A stretch of DNA of 64,000 bases from a virus. Lineage: Duplodnaviria; Caudoviricetes. The stretch is taken from IMG/VR virus record IMGVR_UViG_3300028909_000001. The stretch is one strand, 5' to 3'. A program made the translations under genes and the position numbers. Shown here one piece after another: positions 54,997-63,733 of the stretch. Position 1 is the first letter of the stretch; every line of letters begins with the position of its first letter. The notes beneath the pieces were generated by a model. The model searched no databases and was not told the DNA's origin. It saw nothing but the letters and a program-made list of their open reading frames with translations.

Positions 54997-55037
54997 CCCC
55001 TCCCCTCCACCAGAATTTTGATTAATTATGGTATGAT
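54997..55037 (+). promoter_or_regulatory. Class A promoter
   Basis: CCCCTCCCCTC-N22-GGTATGAT. Confidence 0.7.
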
Positions 55038-55091
55038 AACTTGATTAGGAGTTTTATAGCTTTTAGTCAAATTTGAATTTCCCACTATAAT

Positions 55092-55395
55092 CCTGGCTAC
55101 AGTCGGTGCAAATCCGAGGCTTGGACAAAGTGGATATGGCCAAAAGCCCGTTGTTCGTCCGCAAAGTAGCTTAGGAGGTGACATCTCTTGAGCCAGGGTG
55201 ACGAATAATGTATCTCTATAGGGAGGGGATTGCGGAAATCTGGCAGAGCGTCAATCTCTGTTACCCAGAATGTATTGTAGGGTTGATCACCTTATTTACT
55301 GATTTCACCACCTCCCTGTTTAATTTCAGTTGCCTTGTTGTGTTGATTGGTCAGAGAAGAGGTGGCTTGAATCTTAATTGATTTGGGCCACCTCT
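55092..55395 (+). ncRNA. Candidate structured non-coding RNA
   Basis: GC-richer intergenic stretch; closing stem CCTGGCT/AGCCAGG, T-loop-like TCGG-TGCAAAT-CCGA, several hairpins, final stem 55358-55395. Confidence 0.4.
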
Positions 55396-55433
55396 ACTTA
55401 AATTCTAAACATACTTAAACTCAATTTTTAGCT

Positions 55434-55997
55434 ATGAACATTAACTGTGAAATAAAAGACGATATAATCTTAATAGGTACCAAGGTATACATTCCCAGAC
55501 CTGTTTTTGGAACTGTAGATGAAGATGAAGTTATTGGTTACTATGGTGTATTAACTAAAGAAGGGGAGCAATATGTATTAACCCCTACTGACTATGTTTT
55601 AAACACTATAAACTTGGACAAGGAAGGTCTAAATTCTGGATGGAAAGCTAGTCAGTTTTTTCTTAGCTATGATGAGGCTAAAGCTCAGGCAGTGGAATAT
55701 TTAGTTGATGCTAGTCAAACTGAATGGTTTAAAGCTATAGGATTAAACCAAGATTCTGATAGGTTATACTATGATGAAAATTGTGAGTTAGCTCCTTGTT
55801 GTAACACTATAAGTAATATCAGGAATATTCTTTTTGATGTTTGTAAAGAAGGATGTATTACTGGAGTTGCTAGACTAGAGTTAATTGAATTACTGGAATC
55901 TCATGAATGCTGTGAACCTAAACCTATATTAGACAGTCTTTTGAGACAACTGAAGATAAAATGGAATGACAAAGCTCCATTTGTAGAATTGCTATAA
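55434..55997 (+). CDS. Hypothetical Cys-containing protein
   Basis: ATG ORF followed by a terminator. Confidence 0.7.
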   Translation: MNINCEIKDDIILIGTKVYIPRPVFGTVDEDEVIGYYGVLTKEGEQYVLTPTDYVLNTINLDKEGLNSGWKASQFFLSYDEAKAQAVEYLVDASQTEWFKAIGLNQDSDRLYYDENCELAPCCNTISNIRNILFDVCKEGCITGVARLELIELLESHECCEPKPILDSLLRQLKIKWNDKAPFVELL

Positions 55998-56004
55998 ATT
56001 AAAA

Positions 56005-56033
56005 TCCCTGCCAAAGTTATTATTTGGCAGGGA
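56005..56033. terminator. Terminator between convergent genes
   Basis: TCCCTGCCAAA/TTTGGCAGGGA 11-bp perfect stem. Confidence 0.8.
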
Positions 56034-56075
56034 CTATACATATAATTAAAAAGGTGGTCCTTGCCGAATAATAAT

Positions 56076-57380
56076 TTATTTCTCCACCCTATTTATCGGA
56101 TTAAACGCATAAATCACGTTTATTAGGTAGTTTCTATAATTAGGCGATACGTTAGGAGGTGTCATACCACTATCCAGCATAATATCAGATAGTTCTTTTA
56201 ACAAAGTATGATGATTCAGAAAAGCCTTCCTCTTTATCTTGAAAGCTGCGGTTTCTCCTTCCTTAATAACTAGTCCAAATTGATAATAAACATCATTTTC
56301 TTTCTTTATCTTGGTTAAATCTAGAGCGAAGTTACTATATTCAATCAGATTCTTACCTGACTGATAATAGTAACGGTCATTGTTTCTAGTAAATCTGGTT
56401 CCGCTAATACTGACTTCACTAGTCTTTGATGACAACCAATATTTCTTTAGATCGGTCTTGGTTACTTGTTCCAGTTCACCTAATTGAGTTATGGTCAAAT
56501 TCCCTAAACAACCTTTTAATTGTTCAGCCAGATTTTGTGATTTAATCAAGGTTAGAGGATTTACATTGGTAGCTAAATTACTTTGATTACTCCAAATCTC
56601 GATACATTGCGTTGGTTGTAGTGAATGATGTAGTGTAAGCTTCTTATCTCCAACCCAATTAACTATCTTATTAGACCAGGTACATCCCTCATTAGTTAAC
56701 AAGTCCCTGATACTACCTACTATATTAGTACCTAGTTTACCATACCAACCAGGCCCATCAGTTTGGAAAATCATCTCATTTATAGACATATCACATATCT
56801 CAAATATCTCCAAAGTTGCAATCTTGTAGTTAGGTGCGAAATAGGTCGGTACTAACAATTTATTAGCATGTCTATTATGCAGTTTAAGACTGGCAAAGTC
56901 TCTACTATTTATCATCTTATAAGTTAACAATCCTACTCCAGTATTGATAAATTGAGTCATCCCTAACTCATTTAACAGTTCATTTAATTTATAGTTTCTT
57001 CCTTTATAAGTTATCAAGTTCTCTAATGCACACATTCTACTATACTTCCACAATTTCTCATTAGTTCTTAATTGTGTATAATCATTAACAATACCGGCTT
57101 CTATATATTCTGCATACTTGGCTGGTACTTCCAACAAGTCTGGATGCTCCTTGATATAATAACGATAGCATCTACTCATCAATAACAAGTCATCATTCCT
57201 AATCTCTTTAGGTTGATTATAAGCGAATAAATCAATGGCATTAAATGTCATTTGCTCATCTTTTGAAAGGGCATACCATCCTAGATTTGGTAGTTTTCTA
57301 TACATTTTAGGAACCTCCCAGCCGAAATGAGCCACAGCTGAAGGTAAATGTACTTTACTACATAAAGATTTGACATCCAT
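56076..57380 (-). CDS. Hypothetical protein (434 aa)
   Basis: Long ATG ORF with upstream TTGACC-N17-TATACT. Confidence 0.8.
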   Translation of the reverse strand: MDVKSLCSKVHLPSAVAHFGWEVPKMYRKLPNLGWYALSKDEQMTFNAIDLFAYNQPKEIRNDDLLLMSRCYRYYIKEHPDLLEVPAKYAEYIEAGIVNDYTQLRTNEKLWKYSRMCALENLITYKGRNYKLNELLNELGMTQFINTGVGLLTYKMINSRDFASLKLHNRHANKLLVPTYFAPNYKIATLEIFEICDMSINEMIFQTDGPGWYGKLGTNIVGSIRDLLTNEGCTWSNKIVNWVGDKKLTLHHSLQPTQCIEIWSNQSNLATNVNPLTLIKSQNLAEQLKGCLGNLTITQLGELEQVTKTDLKKYWLSSKTSEVSISGTRFTRNNDRYYYQSGKNLIEYSNFALDLTKIKKENDVYYQFGLVIKEGETAAFKIKRKAFLNHHTLLKELSDIMLDSGMTPPNVSPNYRNYLINVIYAFNPINRVEK

Positions 57381-57475
57381 ATTAACAAGTAAGTATAGTC
57401 TTGTACTTGTATCAGGTCAACCATATTACTATTAATTTGACTTGTTGATATAATAGATATTGCTATAATAGAAAT

Positions 57476-58516
57476 ATGAAGAAATTTGACATTACTGATG
57501 ACAACTCTTATAGCGAATTGTATAGATTTGTTGATTTAAATACATTGCCAGCCTATGTTAAAGAAGCGGAAGTATTGACTAAAACTGCTACAGAAAGTTT
57601 GCCAGATACTGCTTTTGCTGATCAGATGCATAGAGCTTTTCCCATTAATACTGCTGAAGATACTTATTTGAGTAATGCTTTCTTTATTAATAAAAGGGCT
57701 GAACTTACCAAACTTTGTGGTGAAAAGTATATTAATGAGGTAGGTGTCAGAATTGTTAAAGCTGCTCAGATATTTGATATCTATGATGACATTGCTAATT
57801 ATAATGGTGGTCTGGATGTTAAACAAGCTGCTGATTATACTGAACAGTCCATAGTATCTATTGAGATTGGTGGAAATGAATATGATTTGTTTCCTTATAA
57901 GACTGCTGAAGATCTTAAATTTCAAGCATCAGAATTTGTTAAGAATCTAAACAATTACCCATTTAATTGGCGTACTAAAATAGCTTCAGCTTTCGTTGAG
58001 AAGGCTGTGGAACAGAATATCGAGGATTTACCTGATTTGATTTGTAAGTATGCCGGTCTATTCTATCCAGATACCAGGGAATTTTCTGATACCCTAGCTG
58101 GAAGAATGCATAGGTTGAGTGAAGAGTATCAAACTAAGTATCAACCTATTATAGAGAAGGCAGCTAATATCTCTTCCAAGACTGAGGCCTTTGAACTTTG
58201 TAGTGAAGCTTATAATATAGAAAAATTAGCTGGAGTATATGAAAAACCACTATTATATAGGGAGATGGGAGACTTAGTTGATCGAACCATGACACTAGAT
58301 TTGACCAAAATTGCTGATATGCTGAATGTAGTCAAAATTGGTGGTAGTTGTTATCATATAAATGATTTGCAGAAAGTATCCAAAGATATATATGACAAGG
58401 CTTTTGATTGTGGATTAGACCCAAAGAATGCCAATGAATTAATGGATGTCTTGCCTACTGTCCCTCGTTCAGATTTTGAGCTGTTTAAAGAACTATCCGG
58501 CATAACCGCACTTTAA
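57476..58516 (+). CDS. Multi-K-x-A helical protein
   Basis: KEAE, KTAT, KAAQ, KQAA, KAAN, KLAG, KIAD; TATAAT-N6-ATG. Confidence 0.8.
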   Translation: MKKFDITDDNSYSELYRFVDLNTLPAYVKEAEVLTKTATESLPDTAFADQMHRAFPINTAEDTYLSNAFFINKRAELTKLCGEKYINEVGVRIVKAAQIFDIYDDIANYNGGLDVKQAADYTEQSIVSIEIGGNEYDLFPYKTAEDLKFQASEFVKNLNNYPFNWRTKIASAFVEKAVEQNIEDLPDLICKYAGLFYPDTREFSDTLAGRMHRLSEEYQTKYQPIIEKAANISSKTEAFELCSEAYNIEKLAGVYEKPLLYREMGDLVDRTMTLDLTKIADMLNVVKIGGSCYHINDLQKVSKDIYDKAFDCGLDPKNANELMDVLPTVPRSDFELFKELSGITAL

Positions 58517-58517
58517 A

Positions 58518-59093
58518 ATGTTTGACGCTTCTATCTTAGTCTTAAAAGATAGTTCTAGTCCTGCTTCAGTACTATTAGCTGCAATATTCGATCATTACGG
58601 TACTGAATGCTTTGATTGGAACCCTGATATTCTAGTTACTGAGATTAGAGATGATTTTAATATTACTCTATCTCCTATTCAATCAGATAAGTTACAGGCA
58701 GCTATTATAGTGATGTCAACCAATCAATTTGAAAATGATTGGCATGTTTTTAATAGTTGTGTTCATGGGTTAAACGGTGAACCTTTTGACTATGATGTTT
58801 TCTCTCCTATTGATCCTGAGCAGATTATAGCAGCTTTGCCTGAGATTCAAACTATCAGAACTGGATTTATGGGAGATGAAGTTATTTTCTCAGATGAAGT
58901 AAATGCTTATGCTGGTATTATTTTTTCTGAATATGGTTTAATTTCAGCTCCTAACGAATTTCCTTCCGCAATAATGCCTGATATAACTACTGAGCATTAT
59001 TTAGACAGCCAGTCAGAAAAACAAGCTGCATTGGCTGAAATCTATACTAACAAAAAACAAAAAATCGAAGAATACTTATCTAAGTTCAAATAA
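58518..59093 (+). CDS. Hypothetical protein
   Basis: ATG ORF coupled to the upstream gene. Confidence 0.75.
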   Translation: MFDASILVLKDSSSPASVLLAAIFDHYGTECFDWNPDILVTEIRDDFNITLSPIQSDKLQAAIIVMSTNQFENDWHVFNSCVHGLNGEPFDYDVFSPIDPEQIIAALPEIQTIRTGFMGDEVIFSDEVNAYAGIIFSEYGLISAPNEFPSAIMPDITTEHYLDSQSEKQAALAEIYTNKKQKIEEYLSKFK

Positions 59094-59102
59094 CATTCTA
59101 AT

Positions 59103-59178
59103 GTGCTTGTGGCAGATTGGAATGCACAAACCAGTTTAAATACTGTTTTGGACAAAGATTCGAATTCTTTCAAGCACA
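59103..59178 (+). tRNA. tRNA-like element with atypical anticodon arm
   Basis: 7-bp acceptor GTGCTTG/CAAGCAC, U8, D-arm GCA/TGC with GG, T-arm AAAGA-TTCGAAT-TCTTT; anticodon arm 4+1+4 bp with a 6-nt loop. Confidence 0.55.
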
Positions 59179-59184
59179 ACAAAT

Positions 59185-59403
59185 ATGAGTAATCATCTAC
59201 CTGAAAAACTTAATTTATGGGACAGACTCTTCAATCGTTATAAGAAAACTATTCATGCTAGGGGTAGTGAGCAGTGGTTTAAAAGTTGTGGCTATACAGG
59301 ACTCAGAATTCCCGGTTCAGAGTTTCAACGTAACTATGTTGAGTATTTAATTATTGATAGACTTACTGGGTCTGAAAAAATTGAGAAGATATATCTAAAA
59401 TAA
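59185..59403 (+). CDS. Hypothetical protein
   Basis: ATG ORF. Confidence 0.65.
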   Translation: MSNHLPEKLNLWDRLFNRYKKTIHARGSEQWFKSCGYTGLRIPGSEFQRNYVEYLIIDRLTGSEKIEKIYLK

Positions 59404-59407
59404 GAAT

Positions 59408-59611
59408 ATGAAAACAAAGAAACCAAAGAAGATTAATTCTGATACTGAAAAGGTTGTACTAGATGAACATTGGAAGAAGTATGCTAAAGATAAAGATCCT
59501 TGTAACATCATCCCTGCTCAATTATTTACAGATGCTTATTATATTGGATTTATGAGAGGTAGAGAGGTTGAAAAAGGTTTAACTGATGGAATTATGATTG
59601 AAGGAGGCTAA
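59408..59611 (+). CDS. Small protein, paralog of 60126-60311
   Basis: C-terminus RGREVEKGLTDGIMIE. Confidence 0.7.
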   Translation: MKTKKPKKINSDTEKVVLDEHWKKYAKDKDPCNIIPAQLFTDAYYIGFMRGREVEKGLTDGIMIEGG

Positions 59612-59613
59612 AT

Positions 59614-60120
59614 ATGAATGTTTTAATTAATCATTGCTGGTGTTTTGATTCTATTTGGGGAGGTGTATATGACTGTCAAGTGATTGTTAGTATGGAAAAG
59701 TATGCTTGTAGAGAAGACATATATGCTGGTAAGAATACAACTGATTGGAATACTATATTAGATAAATTTCAGATTGAAGTAGATGAATTTGGACGAAAGA
59801 GAATGGAAGACGTTTATTGTCTCAAACCAGAAGTAGTTCAATGGTTAGATGCGAATGTCAAAGACAAAAATTGCAAAATGGAAGGACGTACCGAGTTATC
59901 CCTTTCTAAAGGATGGGGAGTAGGCACAGACCAATACAATGTGAAAGATCAGATTTCCTTTTCTCTCTTTTTTGAGCGTCCAAAGGATGCACTTGCCTTT
60001 ATCAAACAGTGGAGTGAATACAAAAATCCAGTGGATTATCTCAATTATTTCCAAGATATTAGGCGTAAACTTAATCCCAAAACTGGTAGGTTACAACGAA
60101 TTCCTAGATGGAATAACTAA
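59614..60120 (+). CDS. Hypothetical protein
   Basis: ATG ORF. Confidence 0.7.
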   Translation: MNVLINHCWCFDSIWGGVYDCQVIVSMEKYACREDIYAGKNTTDWNTILDKFQIEVDEFGRKRMEDVYCLKPEVVQWLDANVKDKNCKMEGRTELSLSKGWGVGTDQYNVKDQISFSLFFERPKDALAFIKQWSEYKNPVDYLNYFQDIRRKLNPKTGRLQRIPRWNN

Positions 60121-60125
60121 ACAAT

Positions 60126-60311
60126 ATGAGTACTAAAACAAAGAAACTAAAGAAGATCAGTTTTGAAACTGAACACAAAGAACTAAAAAGACAATGGGAT
60201 AACCTTAAGATTGAAATAGACTTCCTTTCTTTTTCTCTTGGTTATGAGTTAGGGATTGAGAGAGGTAGAAATATCGAAAAAGGTATTAGAGATGGAACTA
60301 TGATTGAATGA
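60126..60311 (+). CDS. Small protein, paralog of 59408-59611
   Basis: C-terminus RGRNIEKGIRDGTMIE. Confidence 0.7.
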   Translation: MSTKTKKLKKISFETEHKELKRQWDNLKIEIDFLSFSLGYELGIERGRNIEKGIRDGTMIE

Positions 60312-60314
60312 TAA

Positions 60315-60533
60315 ATGAAGAAACTCACTCCAGCTCAGTTTAAAGAGTATATTTCAAATCCTCTAGTTAATGATAGTAAAGTTCGTAGTTATTGTGATAT
60401 TCCTGAAGATAAGTATTTTACTGTAAGTATCTGGCCTGAAGAAGGAATAGTAAATGAAACAAGAGGGCTTCATAGAGTAGTAAAGACTCCTAAAATCTCA
60501 AAGTCTAATCAATCAAAAACTACAACCATTTAG
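60315..60533 (+). CDS. Hypothetical protein
   Basis: ATG ORF. Confidence 0.6.
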   Translation: MKKLTPAQFKEYISNPLVNDSKVRSYCDIPEDKYFTVSIWPEEGIVNETRGLHRVVKTPKISKSNQSKTTTI

Positions 60534-62206
60534 ATATTGTGAGTAGTAAAGAAGCTATTACCATTCCAGAGATGAGCAGCACAAGCACACCAAGTAATAC
60601 AATGAAATGCATCATCAGGGTCACGGTGTCTGTAAAATATCTTGCTTCTAAGGTTATCTTCTTTAACTTCAGTAAATATAGAAAGAATATCCTGGCAAGC
60701 CTCACTACTATCCTCCCAGCAAGGTAATAGTATCTTGGATTTCTTTATTAGTTCAAAGGTGAAACTCATTACTTCACTTCGATTAAGACACCATCTAGTC
60801 TGGCTCCAATCCAAAGCATCAGGTGGAAAGTCTGTATATTGAGTTAAATTCATTTCACGGTAACTTACTAATTGTGTCATTGAGCTATTATATAAGTTAC
60901 CCAGCATTTTTCCTCTAATCGGGTCAGGTCCGGAATCAGTGAAGAGAGTTGGCTGATATACCCTACAAATGTCAGCAATCTCTCTTATCTGGAGTTCATA
61001 GTCGGTATTCTTAAAAATCCTGATATAGAACACTTCTAGATAACCATCATGTCTTAAACCCATTAATGTAAACACAGTTCTGGAGCTTTCAGGATTCACT
61101 CCCCAATCAACACCACCAACTATATACTGGTATCTAGTTGCATTACGCTGATAGATGGTATTCATTGGACCTAGCACACATAATGATTTTAAGTGTTCCT
61201 CAGTAATAGGTTTACTACCAATATCATAAGCCAGACCAAATACTTCGTTGTAAACTTGTAGAACACTATAGTTACTATCTATATTATGAACCTTATTATA
61301 TATTTCCTTCCAATCCTTTTCTCTTTGATTGTAATATGGTAGGATAGGTTGAGCTAGATGAAATCCATATAATTCATGTTCCCCTGGGTTAAAGTCAATC
61401 CACTGACCTATATTAGTATTTAGAAGCTTGCTGCACTTACTGCAACTCAACCCTTGTTTAAGAATCATTTTTAGAGGCTCATTAGCTTCTGTAAGTGAAT
61501 TCCAGTGATTGCAGCCTTCACATTTAGTCATCCATTCCATTTGATGCCCCTTCTTCCAGATAGTATTAATAGTATTATCTGTAGTAAGAGGAGTACCAGC
61601 ATATGTTTCTCGTTTAATTGGACTAATAGCCATGGTTTCATTTACAACTGGTATAATATCCAGATTCATCCCCTGGCACTCGTCGAAGATGTTGGAATCC
61701 GTAGCGGGACCTCTAGTACGTGATGCATCCTCACTAGCATAAGTTAGTATGATATTACTATTACTATCAGCTACTTCCTTAACATAGACATCATTTTTAG
61801 ATAGTTTGCTGATGATCTTTTGTAGTGGTGGGCTGGCAAATCTGGCAGTTAAATAATCATGTGAAAATCTTTTTGTAGCCTGTTCGTTAGGTGCAACATA
61901 CATCATTCGATAGTAATTATATCGAACTAAATTCAAAGCTATCATATTACTGACTAACGTTGATTTTAACGTCTTTCTTGAACACTTTAATAATAACTTT
62001 CTTGGTAGTCCGTCATAGATAGACCGCATCATTGGGAATTTATCCAACTTTTGTGGCTGTCCTTCGTTGTTATATAGATAAAGTTCTACGAGCTTGGATA
62101 GAGGACTATTCAAGAATAGCAGCTGTCTTGCTAGAAATCGTGACTTTTGATCCGTCTGTTTAAACAACGCTGCCGCTTGCTGATATATATTATGGATAGA
62201 AAGCAT
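60530..62206 (-). CDS. terL: Terminase large subunit (lambda GpA-like, with zinc finger)
   Basis: KCSRKTLKST, MMYVAP, RTRG...IFDECQ, AGTP, CxxC...CxxC, GGVDWG, DDAFH. Confidence 0.85.
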   Translation of the reverse strand: MLSIHNIYQQAAALFKQTDQKSRFLARQLLFLNSPLSKLVELYLYNNEGQPQKLDKFPMMRSIYDGLPRKLLLKCSRKTLKSTLVSNMIALNLVRYNYYRMMYVAPNEQATKRFSHDYLTARFASPPLQKIISKLSKNDVYVKEVADSNSNIILTYASEDASRTRGPATDSNIFDECQGMNLDIIPVVNETMAISPIKRETYAGTPLTTDNTINTIWKKGHQMEWMTKCEGCNHWNSLTEANEPLKMILKQGLSCSKCSKLLNTNIGQWIDFNPGEHELYGFHLAQPILPYYNQREKDWKEIYNKVHNIDSNYSVLQVYNEVFGLAYDIGSKPITEEHLKSLCVLGPMNTIYQRNATRYQYIVGGVDWGVNPESSRTVFTLMGLRHDGYLEVFYIRIFKNTDYELQIREIADICRVYQPTLFTDSGPDPIRGKMLGNLYNSSMTQLVSYREMNLTQYTDFPPDALDWSQTRWCLNRSEVMSFTFELIKKSKILLPCWEDSSEACQDILSIFTEVKEDNLRSKIFYRHRDPDDAFHCITWCACAAHLWNGNSFFTTHNI

Positions 62207-62342
62207 AAGGTTAATGAAGTAGATAGTTTAGATCTAGGTCTTTCTATTTGTTTTCATTTTCTTAAACTATGCTTAATTGAAATCCTGTCACTTTTAAACA
62301 TCTTACTCAAATAACAACTAATCTTAACTAGCTTTACATCTT

Positions 62343-62480
62343 ATGTCAAGATCTGCTAAAAAATACAATTCTCGATCCAAACCCAAAAAACATTCTAAAA
62401 TTAAAGGAGTGTACGAAACTAATACTGCACCTATACTAAACTCTGCCGCTAAATCGAATGTCAAAAAATCTGATAAATGA
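62343..62480 (+). CDS. Small basic peptide (45 aa)
   Basis: Hand translation MSRSAKKYNSRSKPKKHSK... Confidence 0.4.
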   Translation: MSRSAKKYNSRSKPKKHSKIKGVYETNTAPILNSAAKSNVKKSDK

Positions 62481-62823
62481 AGGAGATACCGTTGTTTTTG
62501 CTCAACGGTATCTCGCTGATGATATATTCTCTACTCTATACGGTAAACAAGGCAAGGTTTTATCTGTAAAAGAAGAATATGCTGTAATAAACTTCAATGA
62601 TGCTGCTGTAGAAGTTTATCTTGAAGATTTGGAAAAGCTTAATACTTCCTCAACCCCAGAATTGGAGAATGAGGAGATTGAAATAGATAGAGTCGATTTG
62701 TTAGAAAACCATGATTGCAGTGGATTACAACCAGCACAATTAATAGCTCATAAACTTTTGGCCCAGGAAACCGATCCTGGACTGAATAACGAAATAACAC
62801 AACTACTAAACATAAACCAGTAA
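62458..62823 (+). CDS. Hypothetical protein with SH3-like N-terminus
   Basis: EGDTVVF...GKVLSV...AVINF pattern. Confidence 0.65.
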   Translation: MSKNLINEGDTVVFAQRYLADDIFSTLYGKQGKVLSVKEEYAVINFNDAAVEVYLEDLEKLNTSSTPELENEEIEIDRVDLLENHDCSGLQPAQLIAHKLLAQETDPGLNNEITQLLNINQ

Positions 62824-62824
62824 A

Positions 62825-63733
62825 ATGCAAAAGATATCGTTTGAAGATAAATTTAAGAACTATCTTCGTGCTAGTTATCCCATCCTTTGGATCAGGACTC
62901 ACGAAGAAAGCAGAGTAACCAGAAGTATCATTAATGCGGTTGCTGATGCTAAACAAATAACCATATATAGTTGGGATTGTAAGAGATTGTTGGAGAAATA
63001 TGTTAAAAATGCTGACAAGTCTGTTATTAACAACTTTGAATCCGTTAAAGGTGGTGTTGGCACAAGTACAGGACCTAATGCAGGACCCAAGGATTATGGC
63101 CTGACTAATGCAATTGAGAGCATTAAAGCGTTGCCTAATGGAACTGGACGGAATATTATCATTATGAAGGATTTCCATCCTTATATTGAAGCTCCTGGGC
63201 AAGTCCGGCCTATTCGTAATGCCATTGATGATTTGAAGTGTAAGGGAAATATGTTGGTGTTTATATCTCCTATCATTAAGATTCCTGTAGAGTTGGAGAA
63301 GGAGATTCAAATTCTGGATTTCCACCTCCCTGATGAAAAGCAATTAGAGGGTATTTTAATGTCCGTAGTAGCCATCTTTAATAAAAAGAATGAGGAGAAG
63401 GGTGAGCCGGAAAAGAAGATTGATCCTGACATTAAGCAAGCTACTATTGAAGCTCTGAAAGGACTTACATTTAGTGAAGCTCATGATGCAGTAAGTTTGG
63501 CTATTATTGAGAATCATGAATTTAATGCTTCTTTCGTCCTTAGTGTATTTAACGAGAAGGTTAAACAAGTCAAGCGTGGTGGTCAGTTACAATATCAACA
63601 ATCTGATATTACTTATGAGCATATTGGTGGTTTGGATGGCTTGAAGAAATGGACAGAAGTGAGATCTAAAGCTTATAGTCAGAAAGCTAGAGATTATCAT
63701 TTGCCGTACCCTAAGGGAGTTCTACTGGCTGGT
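62825..63733 (+). CDS. Ycf46-like AAA ATPase, exon 1
   Basis: LRASYPILWIRTHEESR, IIIMKDFH, IGGLDGLKKW...PYPKGVLLAG; breaks at Walker A. Confidence 0.85.

Noticed and set aside
55099-55125. Cobalamin riboswitch (CGGTGCAAATCCG resembles its T-loop)
   Set aside because: It lacks the GGGAA and CCCGCAACTGT B12-box elements and is not upstream of nrdJ.
55290-55315. tmRNA or tRNA 3' end (…CACCA)
   Set aside because: No matching acceptor stem or T-arm.
56076-57380. Primase- or DUF927-like assignment
   Set aside because: Only a vague resemblance at the C-terminus, with no recognisable catalytic motifs; left as hypothetical.
287-63568. Short antisense or overlapping ORFs in the track (for example 287-556, 887-1129, 7447-7719, 8942-9277, 21025-21414, 57536-57925, 62639-63343)
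   Set aside because: They are shadows of longer, motif-supported genes on the opposite strand or in another frame.
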